DNA of 64,000 nt from Candidatus Undinarchaeota archaeon (lineage in GTDB: Archaea; Undinarchaeota; Undinarchaeia; Undinarchaeales; UBA543). The position numbers were made by a program, and so were the translations under genes. The notes under the pieces were generated by a model, which was not told where the DNA came from, ran no database searches, and worked only from the letters and a program-made list of their open reading frames with translations. Location: the NCBI GenBank assembly GCA_964636545.1, contig CAZWSR010000003.1, forward strand, positions 13,847 through 77,846, read 5' to 3'. Within the stretch, counting starts at the first letter, position 1. Each line of letters starts with the position of its first letter. Positions 30,392-40,087 of the stretch are shown here, in pieces.

Positions 30392-30676
30392 TTATTTTTC
30401 CTCCTGTTTAGATTCAGATTCATAATCTTCCACAGCAACTACTTGAGATTTTTTCTCTGTTTTAGTTAATGGAGCATAAGCGCCACCAGCGTATTTTGCA
30501 CCACATTTTGAGCATTCCCAAACACCAGTAGCAGTACGTTTAGCAGATTTCATTTGGCATTTAAGGCAAGGATGCTTGGCTTTTGAAACAGCTTCAATTG
30601 CCTTTACCTTGTTCCTGATTTTTCTACCGTACCGTGGGCCGAATCTACCTGTACTTCCTACTTTTTTTGTTGCCAT
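30392..30676 (-). CDS. rpl37ae: 50S ribosomal protein eL43 (L37ae)
   Basis: [12 protein letters not shown]...WECSKC, AGGAY. Confidence 0.96.
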   Translation of the reverse strand: MATKKVGSTGRFGPRYGRKIRNKVKAIEAVSKAKHPCLKCQMKSAKRTATGVWECSKCGAKYAGGAYAPLTKTEKKSQVVAVEDYESESKQEEK

Positions 30677-30692
30677 CTTTTGTTTTTCCTTT

Positions 30693-30763
30693 TGGTTAAG
30701 GTGTCAGCCCTCTGCCCTCTGCCTTCAGGTCCTGAAGGCTGAATGCTGACTGCTGATACCTGT
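30693..30763. repeat. inverted 7-nt arrays (hairpin), family D
   Basis: TCAGCCC TCTGCCC TCTGCCT TCAG gtc CTGAAG GCTGAAT GCTGACT GCTGATA. Confidence 0.88.
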
Positions 30764-30766
30764 TTA

Positions 30767-31579
30767 TCACATCTTCCCAGCACTTGGCTGAGCTTCTTGT
30801 GGACTGGTTTTTGCTTGTGCAAGAGCATCTTGCACAATTTTCCGCTTTTCAGCAGCACGAGTTATTGCAATGTCAACACATTTCATTATTTCTTCTATTG
30901 ACCATGCACCACCAAGTGCCTTTTGCATTGCACAGACATTGTTATTCTCCTCAACAGTTATTGTTAAGCGAGCGTCTGCGACATTCTCTTCTGCCACTGT
31001 TGGGTCAAGCAATATGTCACTATCCACCTTTATAAAAGTATTGGATATTGGCATTTTGGTAATCGGCAAAGGGCCGAAATCCTCAATCACAGTGTTGTGA
31101 AGAGCTGCAACTGCTGCTAAAGAAGCTGCATCCATGTAATTTCCGCTGTTGTCTAGGACATAAGCATCAATACACACAATTCTTGTTTCTTCTCCAGGAG
31201 TTATGCAAAGCTTTTCAAGGTCAATACATTTTGACTCGCGGATTCCGCGGTCAACGACTCTTGCAAGTTCAATTGCTACCTCACTTGGAGGTCCTGGCTG
31301 GAATTTAGGATCAGCTGATGCATTAAGCTCAGCATTGGTTGTCAAAACACCCATGTTTGGTGAGTCAGGGTATGGAACTGCTTTTCCAATTTTGATTCCT
31401 GAAGCAACCATTGTCTGGCCAAGCCAGCAGGTTGCAGATCCTTCAGCACGTTTGTAGTCGCCGATAGTCAGTTTAATTGGCCTAAATTGGTCAAAAGCCC
31501 GACCATCTGCACGCTTACCGCTTTTAATTAGCTCACGTGTTGATTTCTTTTCCAGATTTGGAATTATTGTTACACTCAT
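30767..31579 (-). CDS. rrp42: exosome subunit Rrp42
   Basis: [27 protein letters not shown]. Confidence 0.95.
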   Translation of the reverse strand: MSVTIIPNLEKKSTRELIKSGKRADGRAFDQFRPIKLTIGDYKRAEGSATCWLGQTMVASGIKIGKAVPYPDSPNMGVLTTNAELNASADPKFQPGPPSEVAIELARVVDRGIRESKCIDLEKLCITPGEETRIVCIDAYVLDNSGNYMDAASLAAVAALHNTVIEDFGPLPITKMPISNTFIKVDSDILLDPTVAEENVADARLTITVEENNNVCAMQKALGGAWSIEEIMKCVDIAITRAAEKRKIVQDALAQAKTSPQEAQPSAGKM

Positions 31580-32292
31580 TTGTATCTCCTCCGAAGCGCA
31601 TCCTTTTGCGCCTCATACAATTGGTTGCATCCGTCTGTTGCATACTTAATTGCCTGGCTGAGCTCGTCTTTTGTCAAAAGCCCATCCATCTGAAGCAAAG
31701 TTATATGTTTGCCTCGGCCAGTAACTGCAACTGGGACATCTGCTTCTCCACAATTGTCTTCAATGCCATTCAAATCTAGAACAACAGTGCCGTCGATTTT
31801 TCCTGCTGCGCAGGATGAAAGAAGGTCTGTCATTGCGATTCCAGCATCGGCAAGAGCCACAGAAGCAGCAGTAAGGCCAACAACACGTGTTCCAGCATCT
31901 GCTTGAACAACATTGATGTCAATCTCTATTGCTGATCTTGGGTACTTTTCAAGTAAAACTACTGATTCAAATGCCTCGCGAGTAACTTTTCCGATTTCGC
32001 GTGACCTTCGATCAGGGCCTGGGCGTTTCCTGTCAGAAACTGAGAAAGGAAGCATATTATACCTCACTTTCAAAACACCTTTGTCAGGCCGCAATGCGTG
32101 CCTTGGGTGCATTTCAACAGGGCCGTAAACAGACGCATATGCGTGGGTTTCGCCAAGTTCTACATATGCAGAACCGTCAGCTCGCTCCAGTACACCTGCC
32201 TCTATCTTAAAAGGCCTCATGTCTCCTGGTCCACGACCGTCAGTTCGCTTGCCATCGACAAGCAGTTTAACATCAGTTTGAGTTCCTCCCAT
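31576..32292 (-). CDS. rrp41: exosome subunit Rrp41
   Basis: [31 protein letters not shown]; start MGGTQ after GGAGGTG. Confidence 0.96.
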   Translation of the reverse strand: MGGTQTDVKLLVDGKRTDGRGPGDMRPFKIEAGVLERADGSAYVELGETHAYASVYGPVEMHPRHALRPDKGVLKVRYNMLPFSVSDRKRPGPDRRSREIGKVTREAFESVVLLEKYPRSAIEIDINVVQADAGTRVVGLTAASVALADAGIAMTDLLSSCAAGKIDGTVVLDLNGIEDNCGEADVPVAVTGRGKHITLLQMDGLLTKDELSQAIKYATDGCNQLYEAQKDALRRRYK

Positions 32293-32293
32293 T

Positions 32294-33193
32294 TTAAAAC
32301 ACCTCCATGTCATCAACCTTTTTCTCTTCAGGTGCTTCAGATCCTTTTATTTTTGGAAGCTCAGCTTCTGCAAGTTTTTTAACTTGTGGAACTGGCTTTG
32401 GAGCTGGTGCTGCCTGAGCAACAGGTGCTGGTGCCGCTGCTGGTGTAGCTTGTGCTACAGGAGCAGGTGCGCCAGGAGTTGCTGGTGCTGCAAGTGCTAC
32501 TGGTTTTGGTGCAGATATTCCTGTTGATTTTGACAGAAATTTCTGAACTTCATCAGTCAAACCCTGTTTGTGTGCATTCTTTTCAATTAGACGAATTGCG
32601 TCAACAGCAAGTTGCATGTTAACACCGCTAATCCAGATGCGTCCGTTCTGACCAACTACAATTCTGCAGCCAGTTTTGTCCTTTATCATCTGAATCATTG
32701 TGCCTTTCTTTCCAATTATGCGTGGCACTTTTGTTGGGCAGATTTCTATCATTTGCCCACCATTCAGTTTGTACAAGCCGCGATCTTTCATTGTAAGACC
32801 TGCGACAAGAGATTCTGAAACATTATCCACTTTTGCTAGGATAACATCACCAATTGCGTATATGTCTGACAGCTTTTCGCTGTTCAGATCAACGTATCGC
32901 TCGCATCCGTTTGCTACTGAAAGCACTGCGGAATAATTAGAATTTATTTCCAAGTTCCACATTGAAAATGCAATATCGGTTATTACACCAATTACAAGAT
33001 CGCGTGGCTTTGGAAGATATTTTCCCTTAAGCGGTATCACTTTTAAGAAGGATTCTTTTGCATCCAAAAGTCCAAGAACTGAAGCATAGACTCCAGTCTC
33101 GTCTCGGAATGTTCCTTCACCGAGCAGATAGTCACCTTCTGCTATCTGATCACCAGGCAAAACCAATTGCCTGTTCTCTATTTTTAAAGTCAT
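32294..33193 (-). CDS. rrp4: exosome RNA-binding subunit Rrp4 with Ala/Pro-rich tail
   Basis: VLPGD, S1 domain, [18 protein letters not shown]. Confidence 0.95.
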   Translation of the reverse strand: MTLKIENRQLVLPGDQIAEGDYLLGEGTFRDETGVYASVLGLLDAKESFLKVIPLKGKYLPKPRDLVIGVITDIAFSMWNLEINSNYSAVLSVANGCERYVDLNSEKLSDIYAIGDVILAKVDNVSESLVAGLTMKDRGLYKLNGGQMIEICPTKVPRIIGKKGTMIQMIKDKTGCRIVVGQNGRIWISGVNMQLAVDAIRLIEKNAHKQGLTDEVQKFLSKSTGISAPKPVALAAPATPGAPAPVAQATPAAAPAPVAQAAPAPKPVPQVKKLAEAELPKIKGSEAPEEKKVDDMEVF

Positions 33194-33209
33194 TTTTTAT
33201 TTTTCTCCT

Positions 33210-33908
33210 TTAATTATTAATTTTGTTAAATTGTGCTTGTCCTTTTGTTTCGTTTTGAATTTCTTCATAAAAGTCAGTTTCAATTCCAGCTGGAATAACA
33301 ACAATTGCTTTTAGGAATCCGTTGTTGTCCCATTCTTCTTTTGCAAGAGAATGATGCTTTAGTATTCCGTAAACCTTTCCTGTGTATTCCGGCGGAATTG
33401 TGACTTCTATCTTCAGCTGTTCTATACTTATTGGAATCAGCGGCTTTAGGGCCTGCACAACTTTCTCAACTTGGTCCTCTGCTTTTGCAAAAGGACTTAT
33501 TGAAACGCGCGCCTCTTCAATTGCTGTCTCGATTCTTTGAGGCGGGTGAGGTGTTTTTGTTTGTGGGTTATACGCCTCTCGCGCTATTATCGCTATGATT
33601 GCTCGCTTTTTTTCTTCAGACATTTTCTTTTTCTGTTCTGTTGTAAGTTGAACCTCTCCTTTTTGTATGATTTGAGAGGCAACTTGTTCAGAATCATTCG
33701 TTCCGAATATGTCTTTCATCACATTTTCTGATGCTTTGTCGCCTTTGCGAGCGTCTTTGTAGATTTCATTTGATGCCAGCACATCGCGAATGCTTACGCT
33801 GGTTTCCCCGTCTTTTAGCTTTAATGCAAGGACAGGGTCTACATATATTTCGAAATTATGGCCACCTTGACTATAACGTGCAAGGACTGCCTTATCAATG
33901 TTTACCAA
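33210..33908 (-). CDS. ribosome assembly factor SBDS
   Basis: FEIYVDP, GEVQLTTEQ, PHPPQRIE. Confidence 0.95.
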   Translation of the reverse strand: MVNIDKAVLARYSQGGHNFEIYVDPVLALKLKDGETSVSIRDVLASNEIYKDARKGDKASENVMKDIFGTNDSEQVASQIIQKGEVQLTTEQKKKMSEEKKRAIIAIIAREAYNPQTKTPHPPQRIETAIEEARVSISPFAKAEDQVEKVVQALKPLIPISIEQLKIEVTIPPEYTGKVYGILKHHSLAKEEWDNNGFLKAIVVIPAGIETDFYEEIQNETKGQAQFNKINN

Positions 33909-33946
33909 TGTTTTCTCCTATTACTCAACAAGTCGGTGAGTATGAT

Positions 33947-34690
33947 CTATTTTTTGCCTTTTTTGACATTCCCTATTACTTTCAGAATGTATTCTTTTAT
34001 TTTTTCAGGCTTTGGTGCGTGGAACTTTCCATTTATATCAATGTACACGATTTCAATGCTTCGTTCATTGAACCTTTCGTTTGTTCCTTTGTAAAGGGCT
34101 TTTAATCCCAGTTCTATAGCTTGTTCAAGCCCCATTTCCTCTTTATAACCTTTTTGGAGCAGTTCTTTTACTTTTTCAACGTTCTCACCAATGGCTGTAG
34201 CCTTATATTCCCAAAAAGAGCCACTTGGGTCAGTTTCAAAGAGTTTTGGAGAGCCATCAACACCTGCTAACAAAAGTGCAGTGCCGAATGGCCTCACGCC
34301 AGCGACTTGGGTGTGTAATTGCTTGTAGTCACAAATTTCTTTTGTAATTGAGTCAACTGCTATTGGTTCATCATAAGTTATTTTATGAGATTGTGCAATA
34401 ACTCTTGCTTTGTCAATGATTCTTCTGCCATCTGCAACTAATCCAGATGTTGCAGCACCAACGTGCTCATCAATCTTGAATAGTTTTTCAACAGAATCAG
34501 CTACCATTAATTCCTCATTTACATTCTTGTCAGCAGCTAGAAGAACTCCGTCTTTGTAAACAATTCCAAGGGATACTGTCCCTTTTTTTACAGCTTCTCT
34601 TGCATATTCAACTTGGTAAAGTCGTCCTTGCGGAGAGAAAACCGTTATTGCGCGGTCATATCCCATCATTTGTGGGGGTTGCATTTCCAT
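33947..34690 (-). CDS. psmA: proteasome subunit alpha
   Basis: GYDRAITVFSPQGRLYQVEYA, RPFG, TDPSG. Confidence 0.97.
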   Translation of the reverse strand: MEMQPPQMMGYDRAITVFSPQGRLYQVEYAREAVKKGTVSLGIVYKDGVLLAADKNVNEELMVADSVEKLFKIDEHVGAATSGLVADGRRIIDKARVIAQSHKITYDEPIAVDSITKEICDYKQLHTQVAGVRPFGTALLLAGVDGSPKLFETDPSGSFWEYKATAIGENVEKVKELLQKGYKEEMGLEQAIELGLKALYKGTNERFNERSIEIVYIDINGKFHAPKPEKIKEYILKVIGNVKKGKK

Positions 34691-34748
34691 TCTTTAATCA
34701 CCTCATAATAATATCTGTGGATACTGGGGTAGTGGTATTTAAGGGTTG

Positions 34749-35087
34749 TTATATGAATTTCACTTTTGCTTTCTTAATTGTCCCTGAAACTCCTTTCACT
34801 ACAAAAGCTGCTTCAACATCTCCGATTTTCGTAATTGTAGTTACTGAAGCAACAACTGTCTGAACTGCCTTGTGTGAACAGCGAACAATTCCCTTCTTTG
34901 TTTTAGCATCATATTCAATAAGCCAGACATTTGTTTTTGAAGCTCCAAATTCACCAAACATTCGAAGTATTGAACCAGTAATTGCACGTACAACATCCTG
35001 CTCCTTGACACTGGTTTTTGATATCAGATCAAATACAATGTATCTCCAAGTTTCTTTCATTGTTGGTTTTACGCGAAATTTGGTCAT
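34749..35087 (-). CDS. rnp2: RNase P protein Pop5/Rpp14
   Basis: RYIVF, FGEFG, GIVRC, GVSGTIKK. Confidence 0.92.
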   Translation of the reverse strand: MTKFRVKPTMKETWRYIVFDLISKTSVKEQDVVRAITGSILRMFGEFGASKTNVWLIEYDAKTKKGIVRCSHKAVQTVVASVTTITKIGDVEAAFVVKGVSGTIKKAKVKFI

Positions 35088-35740
35088 TTGATTTCAACTC
35101 CCTCTGAAACAATTTTTCCAGATAATTTCTTTCTGTTTGTTTCAACAATCTTTTTTGGAGTAGTGAATATTGCTTTTTTTGCTTCATCTTTTTTAAAACC
35201 AATTGCTTCTGCGAAAAGCTGAATTTGTTTTGGAGTTCTCATGTCATAAATTGTTTTGGCCCCAGTTGTTAGAACAATTGGTGTTTTGTATTTTCTTGCA
35301 AGACGAAGATTGAAATTCAATTTAGAAAGCAAGTTAGCACGCTTCATACCGTAAACTTGGAGAATATCTCTCAAATTTACTTCAAGTGCAACATTATTTT
35401 TAGCAGCATCGCGTGCAGTTGTCTGGTCCACAAAAGCGTGTGAGATTATGTCAACATCAGACATTTCAGCAGCAGCTCTTGCAACTGACACATCCTCAGC
35501 ATCAACCATTACAACAACTGCTTGATTGCGGACTCGTTTGACTGTCTGCTTGAGCTCGTTTTCCCGTTTTGCTTTGATTTCAACAACTGGGATAAGATCA
35601 AGTTTAACTTGTTTCTCAATTTTATCAAAAACCCCACCATCAATTTTATTCTCAAAAACAACACCTAGACCCTTGATTCCAAAACCCTCTACTACAGTAG
35701 GTTTTTCCTTAAATAAAATCTTGTTGTGCAAGTCGTACAT
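35084..35740 (-). CDS. rnp3: RNase P protein Rpp30
   Basis: YDLH, AAKNNVALEVNL, TGA...YDMRTP, EGVEI; superoperon position. Confidence 0.9.
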   Translation of the reverse strand: MYDLHNKILFKEKPTVVEGFGIKGLGVVFENKIDGGVFDKIEKQVKLDLIPVVEIKAKRENELKQTVKRVRNQAVVVMVDAEDVSVARAAAEMSDVDIISHAFVDQTTARDAAKNNVALEVNLRDILQVYGMKRANLLSKLNFNLRLARKYKTPIVLTTGAKTIYDMRTPKQIQLFAEAIGFKKDEAKKAIFTTPKKIVETNRKKLSGKIVSEGVEIK

Positions 35741-35764
35741 AATCAACATTTAGAATGGCGCCTT

Positions 35765-36268
35765 TTATTTGTTTCTAAGGCCGCGAATCTTTTTAGCAGC
35801 ACTTGTCAAACCACGGTTTGCTCTGTGAGTGTGCTGTTTTTCGCATATCCATTTCAAGTTCTTGTCATTCTGTATTTGTGGATGCATTGGGTCAACGATT
35901 ATAACTTCATACCAAACTGATTTACTGTCAGTTCCAACCCAGTAAGAGTTCAGAACTTCCATGTTTGGATATTTTCGCTGTACTCGCTCCTCAAGCATTA
36001 GGCGTTTGCTCTTTCCAGGAGTTACATGAACACCAAGTTTTGAAGGCTTTCTACCTTTGTTTGGCCTTGGTCGTTTCCTGCCACCTGTTCGCATTTTTGC
36101 CCTAACCACAAATATCCCTTCTTTTGCCTTGTAACCAAGTGCTCGTGCACGGTTTATCCTAGTAGGTCTTTCAAGTCGTAGGAAAGATGGATCGCGTCTC
36201 CACTGAATAAAACGTTCCTTGTCTTTACTTTGTAGAAATGATTTGTTTAGATATTTGTAATATCCCAT
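35765..36268 (-). CDS. rpl15e: 50S ribosomal protein eL15
   Basis: RARALGYKAKEG, LNSYWVG, VDPMHP, RGLTSAAKKIRGL; start MGYYKY after GAGG. Confidence 0.96.
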   Translation of the reverse strand: MGYYKYLNKSFLQSKDKERFIQWRRDPSFLRLERPTRINRARALGYKAKEGIFVVRAKMRTGGRKRPRPNKGRKPSKLGVHVTPGKSKRLMLEERVQRKYPNMEVLNSYWVGTDSKSVWYEVIIVDPMHPQIQNDKNLKWICEKQHTHRANRGLTSAAKKIRGLRNK

Positions 36269-36278
36269 TTTATTATCC

Positions 36279-36344
36279 TCGTTTTTAGTTTTTGGTTCTT
36301 CGTTTTTCGTTACCAATAACTAATTACTAATAACGAAAGACGAA
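36279..36344. repeat. inverted 7-nt arrays (hairpin), family E
   Basis: TCGTTTT TAGTTTT TGGTTCT TCGTTTT TCGT TACCAA TAACTAA TTACTAA TAACGAA AGACGAA. Confidence 0.85.
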
Positions 36345-36349
36345 TTATC

Positions 36350-36402
36350 TATTTTCGCTCAAGCCAAAGCCATCAACGCAACGGACGTATCCGCAAATAG
36401 AC
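36350..36402 (-). ncRNA. candidate eL15 ribosomal protein leader RNA
   Basis: GC-richer 5' UTR segment GCGGATACGTCCGTTGCGTTGATGGCTTTGGCTTGAGCG, downstream of a TTTAAA box near 36425. Confidence 0.4.
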
Positions 36403-36446
36403 TTGATTTTATCAAACAGGTGGTTTAAAAAGGTTTGTATTGATTA

Positions 36447-36824
36447 CTATGCAGAAGCTGGTTCTGCAGGAGTTTCGGGTTCAGGTTTTTCAATTGGTTC
36501 TGGTGTTGGCTCTGGTTCAGCCACAGGTTCTGGTGTCGATTCCTCTTTCTTAGCTTCCTGTATTTCAACTTCCTTAAAACTTTCCTCAATTTTTGGTTCC
36601 TTTAATTTCTCTCCACAGAATGGACATTTTTTATGAATGTGCCTAATCACAAGATCCTCTATTTTTTCTTCGGCTTTCTTTACATCATCACGATCATTAG
36701 TGTCAACAGCAATCATTAGTTCCATAACAGCGTGATTACAGGAATTACAAGATGCTTTCAAAATATCATATCCTTTCTTGTTATCTTCAGGGTGTTCCTT
36801 TTTTCCGAAAAATTTTAGATTCAT
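36447..36824 (-). CDS. hypothetical zinc-ribbon protein with Glu/Pro-rich tail
   Basis: CNSC ... CPFC pairs. Confidence 0.65.
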   Translation of the reverse strand: MNLKFFGKKEHPEDNKKGYDILKASCNSCNHAVMELMIAVDTNDRDDVKKAEEKIEDLVIRHIHKKCPFCGEKLKEPKIEESFKEVEIQEAKKEESTPEPVAEPEPTPEPIEKPEPETPAEPASA

Positions 36825-36879
36825 GACATTGCTTTGTAAAGTATTCTATAAAAAGTTTTCCTCCAATCAACTACACAAA

Positions 36880-36914
36880 CGACCTACTACCTCCTACCTA
36901 CTACCCACTACCTT
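36880..36914. repeat. 7-nt array, family B (half element)
   Basis: CGACCTA CTACCTC CTACCTA CTACCCA CTACCTT. Confidence 0.8.
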
Positions 36915-36938
36915 ATTAAAAAACTCCGCCTAATAACT

Positions 36939-37577
36939 TTACATCCACTTCTTTTCCCATTGGTCAAATGACTCTCCGCTAATTTCAATATCGTTTTTTC
37001 TATTGTGTTTTACTTCCTTGAATTTCTTATAGAAATAAATTCCAAAACCAATTCCAATAAACAATCCAGCAAGATGAGCGGCATTCGCTGTCCCACTTGG
37101 CACAAACAATCCTATAAAATCACCGAAAGCCCAGAATGCTGCAGCAACTGCCATTGGCATTGGAAAACCAGTAACCCATACGGTCATTTTTGGCCTGAGA
37201 ATTGCAAGTGCACCTAGGATTCCGAAAATTGCCCCAGAAGCTCCGAGAACTGCGCCGTAAAAAGGAATGGAAATAAATGCAGATGCTAGCCCTGCAGCAG
37301 CGTATAGTATAAGAAAATTTTTACTGCCTATAACTTTTTCTAGTATGGGACCGAAGATTAGAAGCGCGAACATATTATAAAGTAAATGTGAAAAACCGCC
37401 ATGCATGAACGCATGTGTCACAATTGTCCAAGGCCGGAAGACTGCATAATCAGAGACCAGTACAAAATAATTTTGGAGATCTCCAATAATAAATTGTATT
37501 ACAAAAACTCCCATACAGATTAGAGCAATGCGTATTGACCACCAAGAGGATTTTTTTTTAATCATATTATGAACCAC
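36939..37577 (-). CDS. rhomboid intramembrane serine protease
   Basis: PWTIVTHAFMHGG..HLLYNM, GASGAIFG, AHLAG. Confidence 0.95.
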   Translation of the reverse strand: MVHNMIKKKSSWWSIRIALICMGVFVIQFIIGDLQNYFVLVSDYAVFRPWTIVTHAFMHGGFSHLLYNMFALLIFGPILEKVIGSKNFLILYAAAGLASAFISIPFYGAVLGASGAIFGILGALAILRPKMTVWVTGFPMPMAVAAAFWAFGDFIGLFVPSGTANAAHLAGLFIGIGFGIYFYKKFKEVKHNRKNDIEISGESFDQWEKKWM

Positions 37578-38137
37578 ATAACAATTGAAACTGCAAGAGG
37601 AATTGTGAAATTATCATCAAGTCGGATTGGGAGAGACTCAACAATCATTCCGACAACCGCGGCAATGATTGCTAATGGAAGTGAAGTAATAATTAAACAA
37701 GCAATAAACGATGTCAAGAGACCAGCTATAGAACCTTCCCATGTTTTTTGTCGATTAAAGGAAATTTTGTGTTTTCCAAAATGTACTCCGATTAATGTAG
37801 AAAAAGAATCACCAACAGCTAACACAAGCATTGCTATTCTGAAAACAGCAGGTCCGAAAACAAGCAGGGAAATAAAACCACTGAAAAAAATAGTTGTGAT
37901 CCCAATATAAATTCCAAGTCGGCGCTCTTCAGCTCTGGCAAAACTATGGCAATAATCAAGAACTCTTTTGAGAAAACCTAATCTGTGTGAAAGTGGACGG
38001 AAAAAGCACAATGTAGAGCCAACAACAAATCCTAGAATTAAAAATAATAAAAGAAATACTTTTGGAATAAAATAGCTTGCAATCACCATTATCATTCCAA
38101 ATAAGTGAAAGAGCTGTCGTTTAAATTCCAAAGTCAT
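37562..38137 (-). CDS. SEC59/DGK1/VTE5 family polyprenol or diacylglycerol kinase
   Basis: RQLFH, GDSFSTLIG..FG, KTWEGS, DDNFTIP; start MTLEFK. Confidence 0.85.
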   Translation of the reverse strand: MTLEFKRQLFHLFGMIMVIASYFIPKVFLLLFLILGFVVGSTLCFFRPLSHRLGFLKRVLDYCHSFARAEERRLGIYIGITTIFFSGFISLLVFGPAVFRIAMLVLAVGDSFSTLIGVHFGKHKISFNRQKTWEGSIAGLLTSFIACLIITSLPLAIIAAVVGMIVESLPIRLDDNFTIPLAVSIVMWFII

Positions 38138-38227
38138 GGCCAGAAATTGAATCAGTGAGTTTAAATAAATTATTATTGCAAAAATAGCGATAACTATAAA
38201 AGCCACCAAAATATAGGGTGAAACATT

Positions 38228-39265
38228 GTGAGGCTAGACGAAAAGATTTTAGATTATATTAAGAGAACTGGACCATGCACTCCGATTGAGGTAGCGCAGC
38301 GTGTTGGTTCTGATTCCTTGATTGTTGCAGCAGTTTTAGTTGATGCAGTTAGCCAGAAGAAAATAAAACGCTCAAAAAGAAAAGCTGGTGGAAGCCATCG
38401 TTATTATTACTATCAAGAACAACTTTCAATGCTCCAGAAAAGAATCAACAGCGTCCTGACACCGCAGGACAAAGAGATGGTGCAGAAAATTCTGGACAAG
38501 AAAATGTTCAGTGAATTAGAAGTAGAACCGCAAGAAGTCAGCATACTTTCAGGTCTAGAAGACCTTATCACAGGATTTACATTTGAATATGACAATCACC
38601 TTATACGAGGATGGTGCGCACCAAATATTCCTGAAGAAAAAGCTCGAGAAGATGTTTTGAAAAAATTGCAGAAGAAATTACAAAAAGAGGCTGCAAAAGA
38701 AGAAGCCGCAAAAGAAGAAGAAGCTCCAGCTCCTAAACAAGAAGAACCTAAAGCTGCAGAACCTGAAGAACCTAAAAAAAAACCTCAACCAGAAGAAAAA
38801 AAGGAAAAAGAGCAAGAAAAGCCAACAAGCCAAAGCAAAGAAAGTCCAAAAAAAGAAAAAAAGGACGAGGAAAGTAAGGAAGACATCAAAGAGCAAATAA
38901 GAAAAGAAGTTCTGGCAGAAGTTAAGGGAAGTTTTGTTGATAATATTATACAAGCACTTGAAAAGCAAGAAATCGATCTCACAGACCAGCGAGTTGTGAA
39001 AAAAGACAAGGAATATGAAATGATAATTTCTGTTCCAACAAAACTAGGCATAACCCAGAGATATCTTGTAAGAATTTTTGACCATGGCAAGAAAAAGATT
39101 GGTTCAAAAGACATTTTCAGTTTAGGAATGGATGCGATTTCAAGAAAGATTCCTGCAATAGCAGTAAGCTCAACAGGATTTGCAAAAACCGCTATTAAGA
39201 AATGGAAAGAAGAATTGCAAGACATGATGCTGCTGATGACTGAGGACGATTTATCGGACATTTAA
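38228..39265 (+). CDS. hypothetical protein: N-terminal wHTH-like region, charged linker, C-terminal restriction-endonuclease-like fold
   Basis: ILDYIKRTGPCTPIEVAQ; C-terminal AIAVSSTGFAKTA resembles the Mrr-type core. Confidence 0.55.
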   Translation: MRLDEKILDYIKRTGPCTPIEVAQRVGSDSLIVAAVLVDAVSQKKIKRSKRKAGGSHRYYYYQEQLSMLQKRINSVLTPQDKEMVQKILDKKMFSELEVEPQEVSILSGLEDLITGFTFEYDNHLIRGWCAPNIPEEKAREDVLKKLQKKLQKEAAKEEAAKEEEAPAPKQEEPKAAEPEEPKKKPQPEEKKEKEQEKPTSQSKESPKKEKKDEESKEDIKEQIRKEVLAEVKGSFVDNIIQALEKQEIDLTDQRVVKKDKEYEMIISVPTKLGITQRYLVRIFDHGKKKIGSKDIFSLGMDAISRKIPAIAVSSTGFAKTAIKKWKEELQDMMLLMTEDDLSDI

Positions 39266-39817
39266 ATGAAAATTTTCTACAAAGACATTGAATTGGATAT
39301 TTTAGATCAGGTTTATGAGCCACGAGAGGATTCAATATTGTTAGCTGACCAGTTGAATGTTAAAAAAGGAATGAATGTTTTAGATATTGGAACTGGGTGC
39401 GGGATTCAGGCAATTGTTTCTGCAAAACAAGGAGCAAGTGTGGTTGCAACTGATATTAATCCAAATGCAATTGAATGTGCAAAGCAGAATGCGGAAAAGA
39501 ATAATGTTGAGATTGAGTTTCGACAGGGAGACTTATTTGAGCCAATTACTGAAAAATTTGATTTGATTATTTTCAATGCACCTTATTTGAAAGAAGAAAG
39601 TGCACCAGCTGAAAAACAACCAATTGATGATAGTTATGCAGGTGCTGGAAAGATCAATGAATTTCTTGAACAATATAAAAATTATTTAAAACCAGATGGA
39701 AGCGCACTATTAGTTTACAGTTCACTTTCTGGAATTGAAGTAACTGGAGAAATAATTGCCACTAAGAAAGTAGCTTTTGAAGAAATTTTTGTTATTAAAT
39801 TAAATGCACGGAATTGA
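39266..39817 (+). CDS. HemK2/MTQ2 family release-factor methyltransferase
   Basis: VYEPREDSILL, LDIGTGCG, FNAPYL. Confidence 0.9.
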   Translation: MKIFYKDIELDILDQVYEPREDSILLADQLNVKKGMNVLDIGTGCGIQAIVSAKQGASVVATDINPNAIECAKQNAEKNNVEIEFRQGDLFEPITEKFDLIIFNAPYLKEESAPAEKQPIDDSYAGAGKINEFLEQYKNYLKPDGSALLVYSSLSGIEVTGEIIATKKVAFEEIFVIKLNARN

Positions 39818-39976
39818 ACCACGGCAGAAAAACAAGAAAATTATAATAACAACAATGATACCAATTATTGCACCAACACCCATACCTTTCTCGCTTCTAA
39901 TTTTGTAAATTGCGTCCTTTAGAGACATTTCAGTACGATTATCACAAATACCGTTGATTGTGTCACTAATGTCCAT
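39800..39976 (-). CDS. 58-aa membrane microprotein with class III signal-peptide-like motif; not in the ORF track
   Basis: MDISDTINGICDNRTEMSLKDAIYKIRSEKG|MGVGAIIGIIVVIIIFLFFCRGSIPCI; TATA-like box near 40000. Confidence 0.5.
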   Translation of the reverse strand: MDISDTINGICDNRTEMSLKDAIYKIRSEKGMGVGAIIGIIVVIIIFLFFCRGSIPCI

Positions 39977-40014
39977 AGTTAGAATAAGGATATTGCACTA
40001 TTTAAGTGTTTTTT

Positions 40015-40081
40015 TTAGGAATTTAGATTTTAGAATTTGGAATTTAGAATCAATTCTAAACCCCAAAATCAAAACTCCAAG
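40015..40081. repeat. inverted 7-nt arrays (hairpin), family F
   Basis: TTAGGAA TTTAGAT TTTAGAA TTTGGAA TTTAGAA tcaa TTCTAAA CCCCAAA ATCAAAA CTCCAAG. Confidence 0.8.
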
Positions 40082-40087
40082 CTCTAT

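Noticed and set aside
36269-36316. N-terminal extension of eL15 (TKNEEPKTKNE)
   Set aside because: It is a translation of the family E arm; the SD precedes MGYYKY.
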